Origin: Yuukianura sp. NJ FZ-2021
Taxonomy: Eukaryota
Length of the DNA: 64,000 nt
Reading direction: 5' to 3'
NCBI GenBank assembly: GCA_046563655.1
Contig: CM102290.1
Span: 13,144,001-13,208,000 of the forward strand
A program made the translations under genes and the position numbers. Shown here piece by piece: positions 11,579 to 24,025 of the stretch. The notes below the pieces were generated by a model that made no database searches, had not been told where the DNA came from, and saw only the letters and a list, made by a program, of their open reading frames with translations. Numbering within the stretch: the stretch's first letter is position 1; each line of letters begins with the position of its first letter.

Positions 11579-13859
11579 CTATGATGTTTGGTTTGAAGTG
11601 AACATCGTGCCAAGATCCAATTGGATTTCCATTGTAGAAATTACAATGGACCTACTAACTTTGGGCAAAATCCTTGATCTGGCTGTGAGTTGTTGTTGCG
11701 GCGGTTGAAGTTTAGAAGCTTAGGCATTGGATTTGAAACGTTGTGCGTGCCTCAGGAATTTGCAATTGCAACAATTGTTGTTGTGGAGAGAGGGAGGGGG
11801 ATGAAGGGGTGGGTTTGAGCCTAGTAAGTTGTCTTAACCCATGGAAAGTGGTGGACTCATGTCAGAATACCAAGGAAGACTTGGTGCCTTGGAAAATGTT
11901 TTGTGCACTATCTTGTCGTTCCATCCCGACTTCTCCGACGAGAGATTTTTTATAAAGTGGAATTCCACCTTAATCCTGAGCAGGGCTGAAGGAGAACAAT
12001 TGAATTTAAAATGTGGTCTCCTGTGCATGAAATATCAAGAACAAAACTACGCTGTACACAGCAATCCTCCCCATATGCTCATGTTCTTAACCTTGTTTTC
12101 CTCCGAGGGCCTCAACTACCCTCCCGCATCAACCATCAATTCCGTTTCAACCCCTTTAGTATGTAACAATGGGAGCCCTTAAGTACGCATGCAGCCCTTA
12201 AAGCTTAGGAGTCACTGCAAGAAGTATACTGGACAATCCACGGTCTATCCAAACTGTAAGGGAGTATAGCCAGAGTGCCTGGTTTCCGGTCTTCAAAACA
12301 GAAAATTCTAGGAAAACCCGCGAAAATTTGACATTATTTGGATTGCTTTCATTGGCATCATCCGAAGTGCTAAATATTTATGGGAACTGGAGTTTGATAA
12401 TCGGTCAGCAGTAAAAACTGTATGATTGGGATCTCCCTTGAGTATTCGCCAAATAAATCTGCACCCCGTGTACTTTTCAGGGCCGACTCAATTTAGTTAG
12501 TGTTTTCATTTATTCCATTTTATTGATAATTATGGAAAAAATATTTCCTTAAACCAGGCGAAGTATTCTAAATATTAAATATTTTTAATCAAAAACCTTT
12601 AAATTGTCTTACTAAATTTGTACAAAATTGATTAAATTTAGTGTGCAAATGGCTTATAAATCCTTTCATTCAAGGCAGAAGATTCAAGTATCCCTGGCGA
12701 ACTCCATGATGAACGATATAAAAAAACGATAATTGTATACAATAAAGAAAAAAAAACTATTTTTAAATTAAAAAAACATACCGTGAACCTCCCTTGATTT
12801 TTTACATATTTGAAGCAAGAAATTTGATTTTTAGTAATTTGATATTTGTTTTTCTGTTTCAGTAAAAATGTTGCTAATATCTATAGCCAAGAAACTAGAA
12901 GCGCGATACGGCCCTGTTTTTTGGACATGATCTCGTCATTTTAGATAGAGAGGGTGGAAAGAGTGAGAAACCCTTGAGGACTCTTAAGGGTGTACAGTTT
13001 TACAGTACTAGTGGAACCCTGCACCATCATCCCCAAGCAGTAGCCGTATATTCTGATAAGGAATGCCACAAATATTTTCTAAAACTGGTGAAAAATTTAA
13101 ATATTAAATAAATCGAAATTTAAATATTAAATATTAGTATGAAAAACCTTTGATCCAAAAATAGTTAAATCGTTAAATCAATACATGAGTAACCGATACG
13201 GTATAAATCATTACTGTTGAACTTAATGGGCTTGGAAACAACATACTTGTGGGACGTCTGATTCCAAGGGAACGCTGTACAGAGTACAGGATACACAGAG
13301 TAAGTCGACTGGGGGTGGAAGATCAGTTCACCCAGACTCAAATACCTCCTCGTCCTCTCCCTCCTCAGTCAAACACAAACCATCAACAGTCACTGTGCTC
13401 TCGTACATTTCTACTGTCAACTTAAGTTTGTGTCTACAACTTTAATTAACTCCACTGTTAACTTTGGAGTATGGATCCATGATTTCCAAGGTAAGCCTAC
13501 ATTTCTGTTCATTACTACCGTAAATCCGGGTAAATACATCACAGTTTCGGTGGAAATGATGGCAGCAGGGGTAGGCTGAAGGGACTTTAGCTTAGGAATA
13601 ATATCAAGGTATGCTCGCAACATACCTCCTCCGGCCCTGTATTTTTTCTGTTGTCAGGAAAGTTGCATAGCCACAGAGGCCTAGGATGAATGTAAGGGTT
13701 CCTTCGTTCAGTTTTAAGGCCGTCCACCATCTTACAAAAGTTCAGACTCCATTGTTACCGTGATCGTCAATAACGATTCGTCAATGTCGTTTGATTTACG
13801 AAACTCCGAATAATCATCGATTCGTGGATTCCATTCTTCGCGGTGAGCACCGGACAACG

Positions 13860-14052
13860 GTATGAATCATGGAACGGTACTGGGAAATCCAGTGTATCGA
13901 AAAGTGATGGTGATACCGGTCCGAATCATGCAACGGTATAGCGAAATCCAGGGTATCGAAAAGTGATGGTGATACCGGTACGAATTATAGAACGGTACTG
14001 GGAAATCCCGGGTATTGAAATGTGATGGTGATACCGATACGAATCATGGAAT
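13860..14052. repeat. Minisatellite, 59-bp unit, ~3.2 copies
   Basis: GAATCATGGAACGGTA... recurs at 13864, 13923, 13982 and 14041. Confidence 0.9.
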
Positions 14053-16819
14053 AGATTACACTTTGTTCTTGGAAGTATTTCTCTGCCTTCTGATTGGTTG
14101 AAAGTGGACCAATCAGCTATCAACTGTGTCTAGGCGGGCAAAGTTAATGGTCATTGGTTTGATGTCAACATTTTGTGCGGGTATCCTTGAATCGGTCGGA
14201 TTTATAAAGTTATTACGGATTACCGGATTACATCGAAATGAGCAACAAACCGATGAATCAGCAATGAGTAGTGTGAGTGAATTTTTCAATGGAATGCTGC
14301 GTGCTGTGTCAAGTTCCTGTCGGTATCCTACCCAAACATCCCAGAGATCTCACGAATCTTGAAATCAACGCTCCAGAGATCTCTAATGAATGAGGACTTA
14401 CACATAATGACACCTTTGCTTTCAATTCCAAAAGTCAAATCCCCATTGTTTTCAAACACCTTGTACTACGTTGAGTCACTCATTTTGAATGTGAAACTCG
14501 TGGATTCAGATACGCTAACGCTAGGTGTGACATAACTCCTCCTTTGATGAGTATTTTAGTTCAATTTAACTTCATTAACGGCACTTTCTCCAAAGGTTTA
14601 TTTTGTGTTTTTATGTTCCCATTGTGGTTGTTTGAAAAACAGGAATTTAGAAACGAGAAATGTAACAGCACATTCCTTTCTTCTTCGTTTGTTTGAAATT
14701 GCGTGGGTTTGAGATACAGTGTAGGATTCAATTTCCAATTTGAAATTGGTATTGCCTTTTCGGTTTCCACCATTTGGAGGAACATTGCACTGCAATCACA
14801 CAAATCAAAACGAGTCGCAGTGTAGTTGGACAGTTAAATTAAATCTACTCCACCTTAATCCTGTAGAAAACGGTGCACGTTAAAGTGAATCAACTGATCC
14901 TGTCATTAATGTCTGCCTATTAACTTACATTGTGCTCTGAATTCTTATGTCATAGTGCTCACACTGGTCAAAAATATTTAGTCTTCATGCCGGTAATGTT
15001 AAAACGAGAAAAATATTTTCGGTTTTTTGGATGCGAATATGCGAAATATTTATTTATTTGCCACTGTCATTCATTAATGTTAAACCTTCAAATATTTGTG
15101 CGATTTTTAACAAAATATTTTTTCTTTATTAACTTTTTGGGTTTTTTAGTAAATATTTTTGACAGGGCTGCTCGGCTTCTGCTTAAACTGCTGTTTCTGT
15201 TTTTTTTATGAGAGTGGCTTGAAGTAATAATCCGTTAATTGAACAAAATTGGCAAGTAGTTCAGTAGGGTCGTGTCAAAGGTTTATAAGGCTCTTTTATA
15301 GCTTAGAATGTCGGATGTCGGAAGCGGATGATGATTTCTTGTCCCTTGGTGGACCTGTTTACGGCCTGGAGGTTTCCGTGTCCCCAGACTCATCTTCATC
15401 ACCCGCCCACGGTTTTAGGATTAGCCTTTAGCCTCTGGCATGTCACCGACTCAAATGTGTTCACTCGCATACAAAGTACCATGATCTCCAAAGAATCTCA
15501 TCTTCATCACTCGCAAATATTGGCCAGTTGTCGTCATTCATGTCATCTTCATTAGGGCGATCTCATTATTTAATGCACAACTTTACCCTGCCCATCCCCT
15601 CTCACAAAGTTCAGACTTGTTCGTTCAGTGCTCGTGTATTAAGCAGGGTTGTCAAACATATTTAGTTTCCGTGCCCGAATATTAATTTAAAAAAGTGTTT
15701 TCTGTTTTTTTTGGTACTAAATAGGTGGATCATAGTAAGCAGGGCTGCCAAAAATATTGATGACAAATATTTTTTAAATCGCCCAAATATTTAACTCTTT
15801 CATATTTAGGGCATTGAGAAGTACATAAATATTGAATATAGAAAACGATTTTTTATTAGCATTACTCGCATGGAGATTTAATATGTTTGACATGCCTGTA
15901 ACTTTTGCCGGAAATTAAACATACCGACTAAGTAATCGACAGATTCTGAGGAAATTTTGAAATAGTTGAAGTTTAAAATTGTGTTGCTTTTGTTTTGTTG
16001 ATTGTTTGTGTACATACTGTGGTGTTGTGTATTTGAATTTTTAATAAGGTGTGGAGTTAGTAAGTTAAAATACTTCAGACTATGCAGTTGAGAGATGCAG
16101 TTCCTAATCTTTTGCCGTTCATGTATTGGTTGCCAATAAATGGTTGTCGTTAGCGTTGTGTCTGGTTGTTGACAGGAGGCGATTAGTCGTATTAGCACTT
16201 GTAACAAATAGGATTGACTGTTGGACATGTTAGTGTTATAAGGTCACTAGAAAGAAACGGAAGCACGGAATTGGCAGTTGTGAGGCCCACCATGGCAGTA
16301 CTATTTGATCCCTCCTAAGTTTTATTACAACCGAGAATTGGCAATAAATCGCACACTTATTTGCAAGTTTGGGGTTGATTGCACTTGGGTGACAAATGGA
16401 AATAGTTTGTCGCATTCCTGGAACCTGTTGTTGGCATCTCATAACTCACCGAAATTCGGTTCTCTAAAGTTCTTGTAATCTAATGAATGAAATCGTGTGC
16501 CTTTGCCATTTTGAGCACTGTACACTTCCGTGTCTACTTTTTGAAACTGGGTACAAATTGGAGCATTTCTTTTTACAGACTCTCTTTATCTTGGTCACAT
16601 CTTAAAATGAAACTACTATTTTTCTAACCCCCGAATGTCAAAACATTCCTTCTGGTAGGTTGTTGTAGATTTAACATTTTTGAAAGTCTTTCCGGGCGGG
16701 CAAGACGTAGGGGGTGCAGAGAAGTGAGTATTTTTGAAGGCGAAGTTTTGATTCGCAAACATAGTTGCGAAAAATGAATCCCAAAATGTATGGAGTAGGA
16801 TTTATTGATTTGAAAAGCC

Positions 16820-17105
16820 AGTGACCTCAAGTTGACCCGTACGGGACGGGTCAATGTCCTAGGTCAACATCATCCTAGCCTAGCCTTGTCGCACCTCGTT
16901 CGAAAGGGCTTGACCTCCTGATTCCAAAAATGTATATTTTTGATGTATTACGTCGTTGACCCCTTGACCCCTACGGGTCACGTCCAAGGTCAACATCATC
17001 CTAGCCTAGCCATGTCGCACCTCGTTCGAAAGGGCTTGACCTGCTGATTCCAAAAATGTATATATTGATTTGTTACCCCTATTACCCCGTTGACATTGAC
17101 CCATG
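16820..17105. repeat. Tandem duplication, 126-bp unit, ~2.2 copies
   Basis: GGTCAACATCATCCTAGCCTAGCC.TGTCGCACCTCGTTCGAAAGGGCTTGACC at 16862 and 16988. Confidence 0.9.
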
Positions 17106-18134
17106 CCCTAGATTTCGTAGTGAATTTGGTTGTTGGGCCTTTAGTTTTGGATGGCTGTTTACCTGTAATCAACATTTAACTTTAGAAGACACGCAGTTTT
17201 GAGATTTGACACTAGAGTGACTGACTGACTGGTTGATTGATTCTTTTCCTATTCCTACGTCATACGTTTTTGGTTTGGCAAACTGCCAGTCACGACTTGG
17301 CCTCTTCTGTACCCTAATGTTGAAGTTGAACTCTTAAACAGTTTTTAAGTTCCTTATGTGCAGTAACTTTCACACCTTGGGAACAACAATTTGGAAATTA
17401 TGCGGTGTATTCAGGTATGTGACTGTATGGAATATTGTTGCAGAAAGAAAAGATAATTAGGAGGTAGAGGTGACAAGGTATGAATTTTCTAATTATTAGT
17501 CAGTCAATACTTAATCAGTCGTCAAACATTCCCACTTGACTACGCATCGACAGTTAGTTAATACTGCACATTGTTCTTGTGCTTAATGAATTCCGAAGTG
17601 CTCGTGGGCACTTTCCATTGGATTCACCAGAATTTGTCGTCGTTTTTGTCATCTACCTTATAATGTTCCAATGGCAGATTTTAGTGTGAAAAATGGCTCT
17701 CGTTTTTTTGAAAACTGTCTGTGAATAATTTATGATTTTTTGAAGTTGAACACCCCATTCTTCACAAGTTAGGCCCTACCCACTCGCAAGTTGCCTTAGG
17801 AAACGCCAAATGCCGTTGAACGTATGTTGTTGTCTGGATTCAAAATGGAGTCTCCTCGCTCTTAATTACTTGCCCACAGATAGGTTTTTAGTTGTTGGTG
17901 TTGCAATTTGAAGTTGATTCTACATGAGCAGTTTTAAGGAGGAGGAGGAGTCGGTTTCCTTATTGTGTCCAAAATGATGTGCAATAGTTATGATGATTTT
18001 ATTGTTGAATCATCAGTCTTAACACAAGGAGGTTTCCAATCAACTCAAAAAATCACTAAGACATGACGGCGAAAAGAACAAAAGAAGCTTTGGAGTCTCT
18101 CAAAAACACTTGCTTTAAAAATATTTTCTGGCAG

Positions 18135-18433
18135 CAGGCTTGGCAAAAATATTTAATCTCGATTTTAATTATAAAAGATATTTCCCGTTTTTTTGTTACT
18201 AAACATTCATTTCCTCATGCTAAATAGGTAAATATTTGGGCGATTTTTAAAAATAAATTTTTAGTCCGTATTTCGATGCAAATATTTTTTAGTAAATATT
18301 TTTTGATGTAAGTATTTTTTGGTAAATATTTTTGACAAGTGCTGCAAGTAAATAAATATTTGGCCGAATTTGAAAAGGGATATTTTATCAGTATTTTTTG
18401 GATGGTTTTAAGTAAATATTTTTGCCAAGCCTG
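18135..18433. mobile_element. AT-rich MITE (CAGGC family)
   Basis: TIR CAGGCTTGGCAAAAATATTTA/TAAATATTTTTGCCAAGCCTG. Confidence 0.8.
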
Positions 18434-19433
18434 ATGATGTTGAAACATGAGCTAGATGAAGTTACTTTGTAATGTGGTAAAAGTGCATAGTCGATTCTAT
18501 TAAAAAGAGGATGAATCATGAATCTCACGATGATGAAGATGAAGCAGCAAAGCGTCACGATTTTTTCATTTTCGGACGAACTATTGTTTCAGAATAGTGG
18601 AGAGATAACGTAACAATTTTAATTTAAAACAGAAGAATTTAAATTTGAACAAGAGACGGTTCATTTTTACTAAAAATTTTGGCACTCTTGTCAGTGGACA
18701 GTGATTTAATGGAATGCATGAGTCAGTATCGCACGAAGATCAGTGCAAGATGTGATGTATTGAAAGAAATCGCTAGGACGAGGTCAGTCTAACCTAAATT
18801 TTGACTTTTCTGTGAGCATTTTTGTGAGATCGCTATAAATTAAGATCGACACCTCTGGTAAACTACCTATGAAAAGTGTTTACAAAAAAGTGGAGCAGAA
18901 AAGCTCTAGTAGATCGAGAGCGAGATAAGCTTAAGATGACGAGAGCAAATTGACAAGGAAGGTTCTACTATTGGTGTTAGCGTTAGACAGGCTCTCGACA
19001 CTTTTCAATTTTTTGTTCCCTAAGATTCTATTTTAAACGCCACCAGTCTTATGAAGGAGAGAGCTTTCAGAAAAACTTAAAAATTTTATCCGTAGAAATA
19101 GGAAATGGGAAATTCATCTGACAGATACAAATTTCTTTGGACGAGATTAATGGTTGAATTGATGGTTTTTATATTCTCCATTGGCATTTGGACAGGGTAG
19201 AACATACAGCCAGGCTCTGCCAGTACTTTACACTTATTTTGTCGATGAAATATTCATTTTTCTATATTTTCATGCCGAGGAGGAGCCTGACCTGAGATTT
19301 ATTTTTTCCAAAACATCTTTCGTGTTGAACTCTTTTTCCACCAAAATATTCCTTAAGGATCTTTGGAAATCGGGAATGACTTTTAGAGTGAAGTGAGTGA
19401 TGCGTTTTTTCTCGTTTGACTAGGGGAAAATAC

Positions 19434-19785
19434 TACCGTATTTTCTCGCATATAGTTCAGTCAAGCGTATAAGTCAAATTCCATTTGTCCTTGTATAATA
19501 CTTTATCATCAAGCACATGCTGGAGCCAATTTTCTTGAATTTGTAGGCATCTCAACGTTATTCGTACATTTCAAAACAATTTCAATAATATATGAAATAC
19601 TTCTATTTCTTTTCAATTCTGATATTTTTTTTTGTTATTTTCAGTTTTAAGAATTTTTTTTTTTGGAAGAATTTGTTCTATTCTCAATTTTGAGAATTCT
19701 TTTTAATTTTTGAGAGAACGATTTTTTTTTGTGGTAAAATTTTGTGTATAGTAGGTGTATTAAGTATATGCGAGGAAATACGGTA
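19434..19785. mobile_element. CCGTA-terminal Tc1/mariner-type MITE
   Basis: TACCGTATTTTCTCGCATATA ... TATATGCGAGGAAATACGGTA; TA TSD. Confidence 0.8.
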
Positions 19786-20347
19786 CTTCTTAAATTAAAT
19801 TGGGCTTCATTTTCCCCCGATTTCTCCCGCTCCAAGCGTCGAAAAAAATGGTGGAGGGAGGGAATGGTGGGATTAAGAATCGATAGAGAATGGAAAACTG
19901 TAACTTGACAGAGATTTTTCCGGGATGCTCTGTTCTGTCAATGATGAATGGAGTGTTATGGTAGAGATATAGTTTATAAGATGCTGAGGTCCAATTCCGA
20001 GGTTTACTAGGAAAATTGAACAAAAAGGGAGTAGAATGGAGGCCAAACGTATCTTATCTTTGAGGAACTCTTTCCCACTTCCTTTTGAGAAATCAACCGA
20101 AGAATAGAAGAGATCGTGAGGGGCTCTGACTGTGAGTTGGACAGGACAACAGAGATCTTTTTCGTGTCTCTCGAGAGCATTGACCGTCACTTGACTTTGG
20201 AATTTTGCTAAAAGTCATTCTATGGTTGGAGTTATGCGACTATTTATAGAGATCTTACAGATCATCAATCTCAATGATCCAGATTCTAAGGCTTTAGTTT
20301 TTGAGTGACGATGAAAGTTCGAGGAACGTGCATGATTGCTTCATCGT

Positions 20348-20708
20348 CAGGCTTGTCAAAAATATTTAGTCGCCAAGCTAGTAATGCTAGTTTTAAAAAA
20401 ATCGGGTTTTTGGTATCAAATTTTGTATTTTTTTCCTCTTCCCAGTAATTCTAATTTAACAAAAAAAAAATTTCGGTTTTTTTTAACTAAAAATTTTATT
20501 TATTTTTTCAAGCCCCTAATTAATTTTTGAGACTTTACAATAAAGGTTAGGCAAATAAAATTAAAAAGATTTTTTTTTTCAAAAAAAAGTGGAAAAATTT
20601 GTAATTTTTTCACCGCCAATGTTAAATACTCAAATATTTGGGCTTTTCTTAAAAAAATGTTTTAATAAATATTTATTTAGTTTCTGGTAAATATTTTTGG
20701 CAAGCCTA
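20348..20708. mobile_element. AT-rich MITE (CAGGC family)
   Basis: CAGGCTTGTCAAAAATATTTA ... TAAATATTTTTGGCAAGCCTA; flanks TTCATCGT/TTCATCTC. Confidence 0.75.
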
Positions 20709-21837
20709 TTCATCTCTTTCTCTTGGTTACTTCCGGACACTTAAGATTTAGGATCCACAGGGAGATGAGAGAATGTAAACAAGAATAGTTTTGAGGCGTT
20801 ACAATGGATTCGTTTGAGGATGTAATTTTGTATGTGTTTTGTTCATAAAGTGGCTGAAGGGCTAGAGAATAGAATTTTTCATAGGAAATAGGAGTGCGTG
20901 TACTACGACTTGAGCCTTAGGAAATCCGGATCTTTTCTCTCCCACTCCGAAAACACCTAAATTCTATGCACAGGGATAATGTCCCTGTCATAAAAAATAT
21001 TCGTGTTCTTTATGGTAATCTTAGTCATCATTCATTTTATTTCCATCATGAATCCATAAGTACGTACTTTTAAGGGCTCTTAGAACCCTGTGACAAGGGC
21101 AATGGAATCAAAGCGTAAGTGATTGACGGGAACGAGTTTCTCCTGAGCTATTACTCTCCTGAGGCTCCGGACCATGTAACATGTCGTCGTGGGTGGAACA
21201 AACAGGCTTTTTGGTAAGGTGATGGGAATGCTAGATAAGATTTGTACAAGTCGAGCACAGGATTTGAATCCGTGATCAGACAAACATGTTAAGTCCCCCC
21301 TCAATATTATTGAATCTGTGCTTTTTTGATCCGGAGATCACAAGATTTCGGACAATTTGAATGTTGGAATTTGGATGTCAAAGGTTACGACTTTTCATAA
21401 GCCTTTAAAGCCTACGTTGAGCGACAGTTTTTACTTTTTTTTGTGTATGAATTTTGTGTAGAATTTGTGTATGGTGACCCCTGACCTGTGTTGTTTCTTA
21501 ACGTTAAAGCTTAGCATATCTAATGAAAAAGAAAACAAGGCCGTGAATAGGGTGACGCTATAAACTTAACTTTCTGTTGCGTAACATGTTACTCGTGTAA
21601 TGAAAAATTGTAAAATGAGAAAGTGGAGAAGACAATAGTACACAAAGGACTATAAAATATGGAACTAATAAAATGTATTTGATTGTTCAGCGTCTTTGGT
21701 TGCCTCAGAGTGCTGATTCGTTCCGTACTTCTTGCGTAGCAAAAAGAAATTTCGGTTGAGAGGGTAGGCTGAAGTTGCTTCGTTGTTAGAAAGTCTTATG
21801 AATCCTCAATTCTCAATGTCAAGCTTATTATTAAACG

Positions 21838-22250
21838 TAAAGAAAGCTACTTTATGCATTGATATTGTCTGTATGTCTGTCTGTCCCTCGGCGCAAACTA
21901 TTATCTTGGAAATTGTCATTCTCTGAAATTTGCCCAAGTTAGTGAAAAAGTGAAATTAACTGAAAATTTCATCAACGATTTTTTCATTTTACTGAAATAA
22001 ATTGAAAGAAATTGAATTTTCTTGTTGAAATATTTCAGCTTATCAGTGAAATAAACTAAAGAAGCTGGAAAGGTTTATTTCATTTCATGTATTTTTCAGT
22101 TTTTTCCCCCATTTTTTTTTTAAAAGAAAAGTGAAATATTTCAGTTTTAACACTGACCACAGTGCACTGTGTTTTCCACGATGCAGTTGCAATAGGTCAA
22201 AGGTTACTCTCGCTACTTCTTTACATTCCGATTTACAACCGCTTTATGTT
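21838..22250 (+). mobile_element. DINE-1/Helentron-like element interrupted by an AT-rich MITE fragment
   Basis: AAAGCTACTTTATGC and CTGT-repeat head; AGGTCAAAGGTTA and TCGCTACTT...TTACAACCG tail. The insert at ~21940-22136 matches the 35167 element in reverse. Confidence 0.6.
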
Positions 22251-22740
22251 GAAGACAAAGGAACTCCTCTCCGTTTGAGCGAATTGGAATGTGAGCAGGG
22301 AGGCAGAACAGGAGTGAAAGTAGTTTATGCCAAAGTTTACCTTTTGTTATTATTATTTATTAGGAGACTTGGGAACAATTAGAATCGGAAAAACAATGGG
22401 TTTGGTGGGCTGTAGTTGAATAAGCGAGTGAAGCTCTTCTAGGATCAGGGCCTGAACTTGGCCTGATAAGAATAGAACTTTAGTCAACTGCTGAGACACT
22501 TTAATAAGTTTGGCTTAGCTCTCTCTCTCTACCTACTTTCACCAAACTTTGAATCTTCGCGCCCTCAAACCGCCACTTTGTCATCCATGACAGTTTCCTG
22601 CGTCCGAGGATGATGATGATGACATGAGACTCGGTTTCCTTTTCATATTGGCTCTAAAGTCGTGTTTCTCGGGCAGAAATAAATGACGTGACATGGGAAG
22701 ATACGGAGTCTATCCATGCCTGTCGTACCTTTGACTTTTG

Positions 22741-23093
22741 CAAAGTAGCGTAAGCTACTTTATCTATTTACCTTGTCTGTCTCTCTGTCTGTCTGTCCGT
22801 CGGCGGCAATCTTCTCGGAAACCGCGGAAGATTTCCGGGATCTGTTTCCACTATGAGGGGGATGTTCACTGTTGAATATCATCACGATAGGTCAATTCCT
22901 TCCGGGTCAAAGGTCAAGGTCAACCGGTTTTATTCCCGGTAACATGTAAAGTGAGTTGTAGAAAAGTTGTTAATCTCATCGAGGAAAAGACTTTTGTGTA
23001 TATGAGTGACCCTAGGTGACCTTCTGAGTCAAACGTCAACTTACTTTGGTACTTACGCTACTTTGGTACGCTCCTGTTTACGACCGGTTTATT
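22741..23093 (+). mobile_element. DINE-1/Helentron-like element, short copy
   Basis: 14-bp subTIRs CAAAGTAGCGTAAG (22741) and CTTACGCTACTTTG (23052-23065), AGCTACTTTAT head, CTGT microsatellite and GGGTCAAAGGTCAAGGTCA at 22904. Confidence 0.7.
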
Positions 23094-23614
23094 GGAAACT
23101 TGCTTACCTTGTGCTTCAAAATGTCAAGTTTAGAGTCTTGGATTCTGGATGTAGAGGAGTCAACGACCTCATCTCGTTCCTGATTGGCTGTTTACCTAAA
23201 CATAGTTTTAAGACCGGAGAAAGTAAAATGAGTAGGCATGAAAGACAAAGTTTGGGCAAACTTTTCCTTTTGTCATGCTCATTGGCGGGTTAAAGGTGCT
23301 TAAAAGTTTGCGTGGTCTCGGAAGTTGGAATCTTAGTTACCTTGTTGTGATCTAAATACTCTGCAGGGGGGATTGGAGATTGGAGAAAAGTTTGGGGAGT
23401 GAGTATTAGTGTCGTGGAGGTGGTTAAGGCAGGTTGAAGTGTCGTCTCAGGACTTTTTGGATGATGATTAAGTGGGCTCATGCGGAAAATAATATCAAAC
23501 GCGCTCCATAGACTTTCTCTCCAGTTTCTCCAATCTTAATCCCTGGCCTAACTTTGTGTCGTCGAGTTCTGGAGGGCTCAATCAGGGACGCGCCCTTGTT
23601 TACGGCGGGACACA

Positions 23615-23694
23615 GGGCCAGATAGCTCAAGGGTTAGAGCGCTTCCCGTAGAGAAGAGATGTGGGTTCGAATCCCACCCGGTCCCTTATTTTTT
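23615..23694 (+). pseudogene. tRNA-like element (degenerate tRNA gene or tRNA-derived SINE head)
   Basis: A-box TAGCTCAAGGGTTAGAGC, T-arm GTGGG-TTCGAAT-CCCAC with B-box, 6/7 paired acceptor stem and an oligo-T run at 23689-23694. The anticodon arm is shortened and imperfect (CTTC-CCGTAGA-GAAG). Confidence 0.7.
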
Positions 23695-23752
23695 CTACAC
23701 TCTATCTTTCAACCCATGTTGCTTGCTTTCTCCCTGCTGGCTACTTAGGAAT

Positions 23753-24025
23753 CAAAGTTCCTTGACAACGAAAATTTAATTTTCTTTAACAGGTTGGGTA
23801 CTACCTCGCTTGTTGACAGAAAAACGAAAAGAAAATGTGGTACGAATATTTTAGTACCAATCCGAAAAATTGCTACCAATTCGCATGCAAAATTTAAAAA
23901 ATTCGGCTGTATTGTTATGACTACGATGTCCTGAAATTAAAAAACACTTTTTTTTTTGTTGCAAAATAAAGAAAACGTGAGGTATTACCCAACCTGTTAA
24001 AGAAAATCAAAGTCAACAAACCTTG
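23753..24025. mobile_element. CAAGG-family MITE
   Basis: Homologous to 4204-4456; flanked by CTTAGGAAT/CTTAGGAGT. Confidence 0.8.

Noticed and set aside
23615..23685. Functional tRNA-Tyr(GTA)
   Set aside because: The anticodon arm does not form the canonical 5-bp stem and 7-nt loop at the right position.
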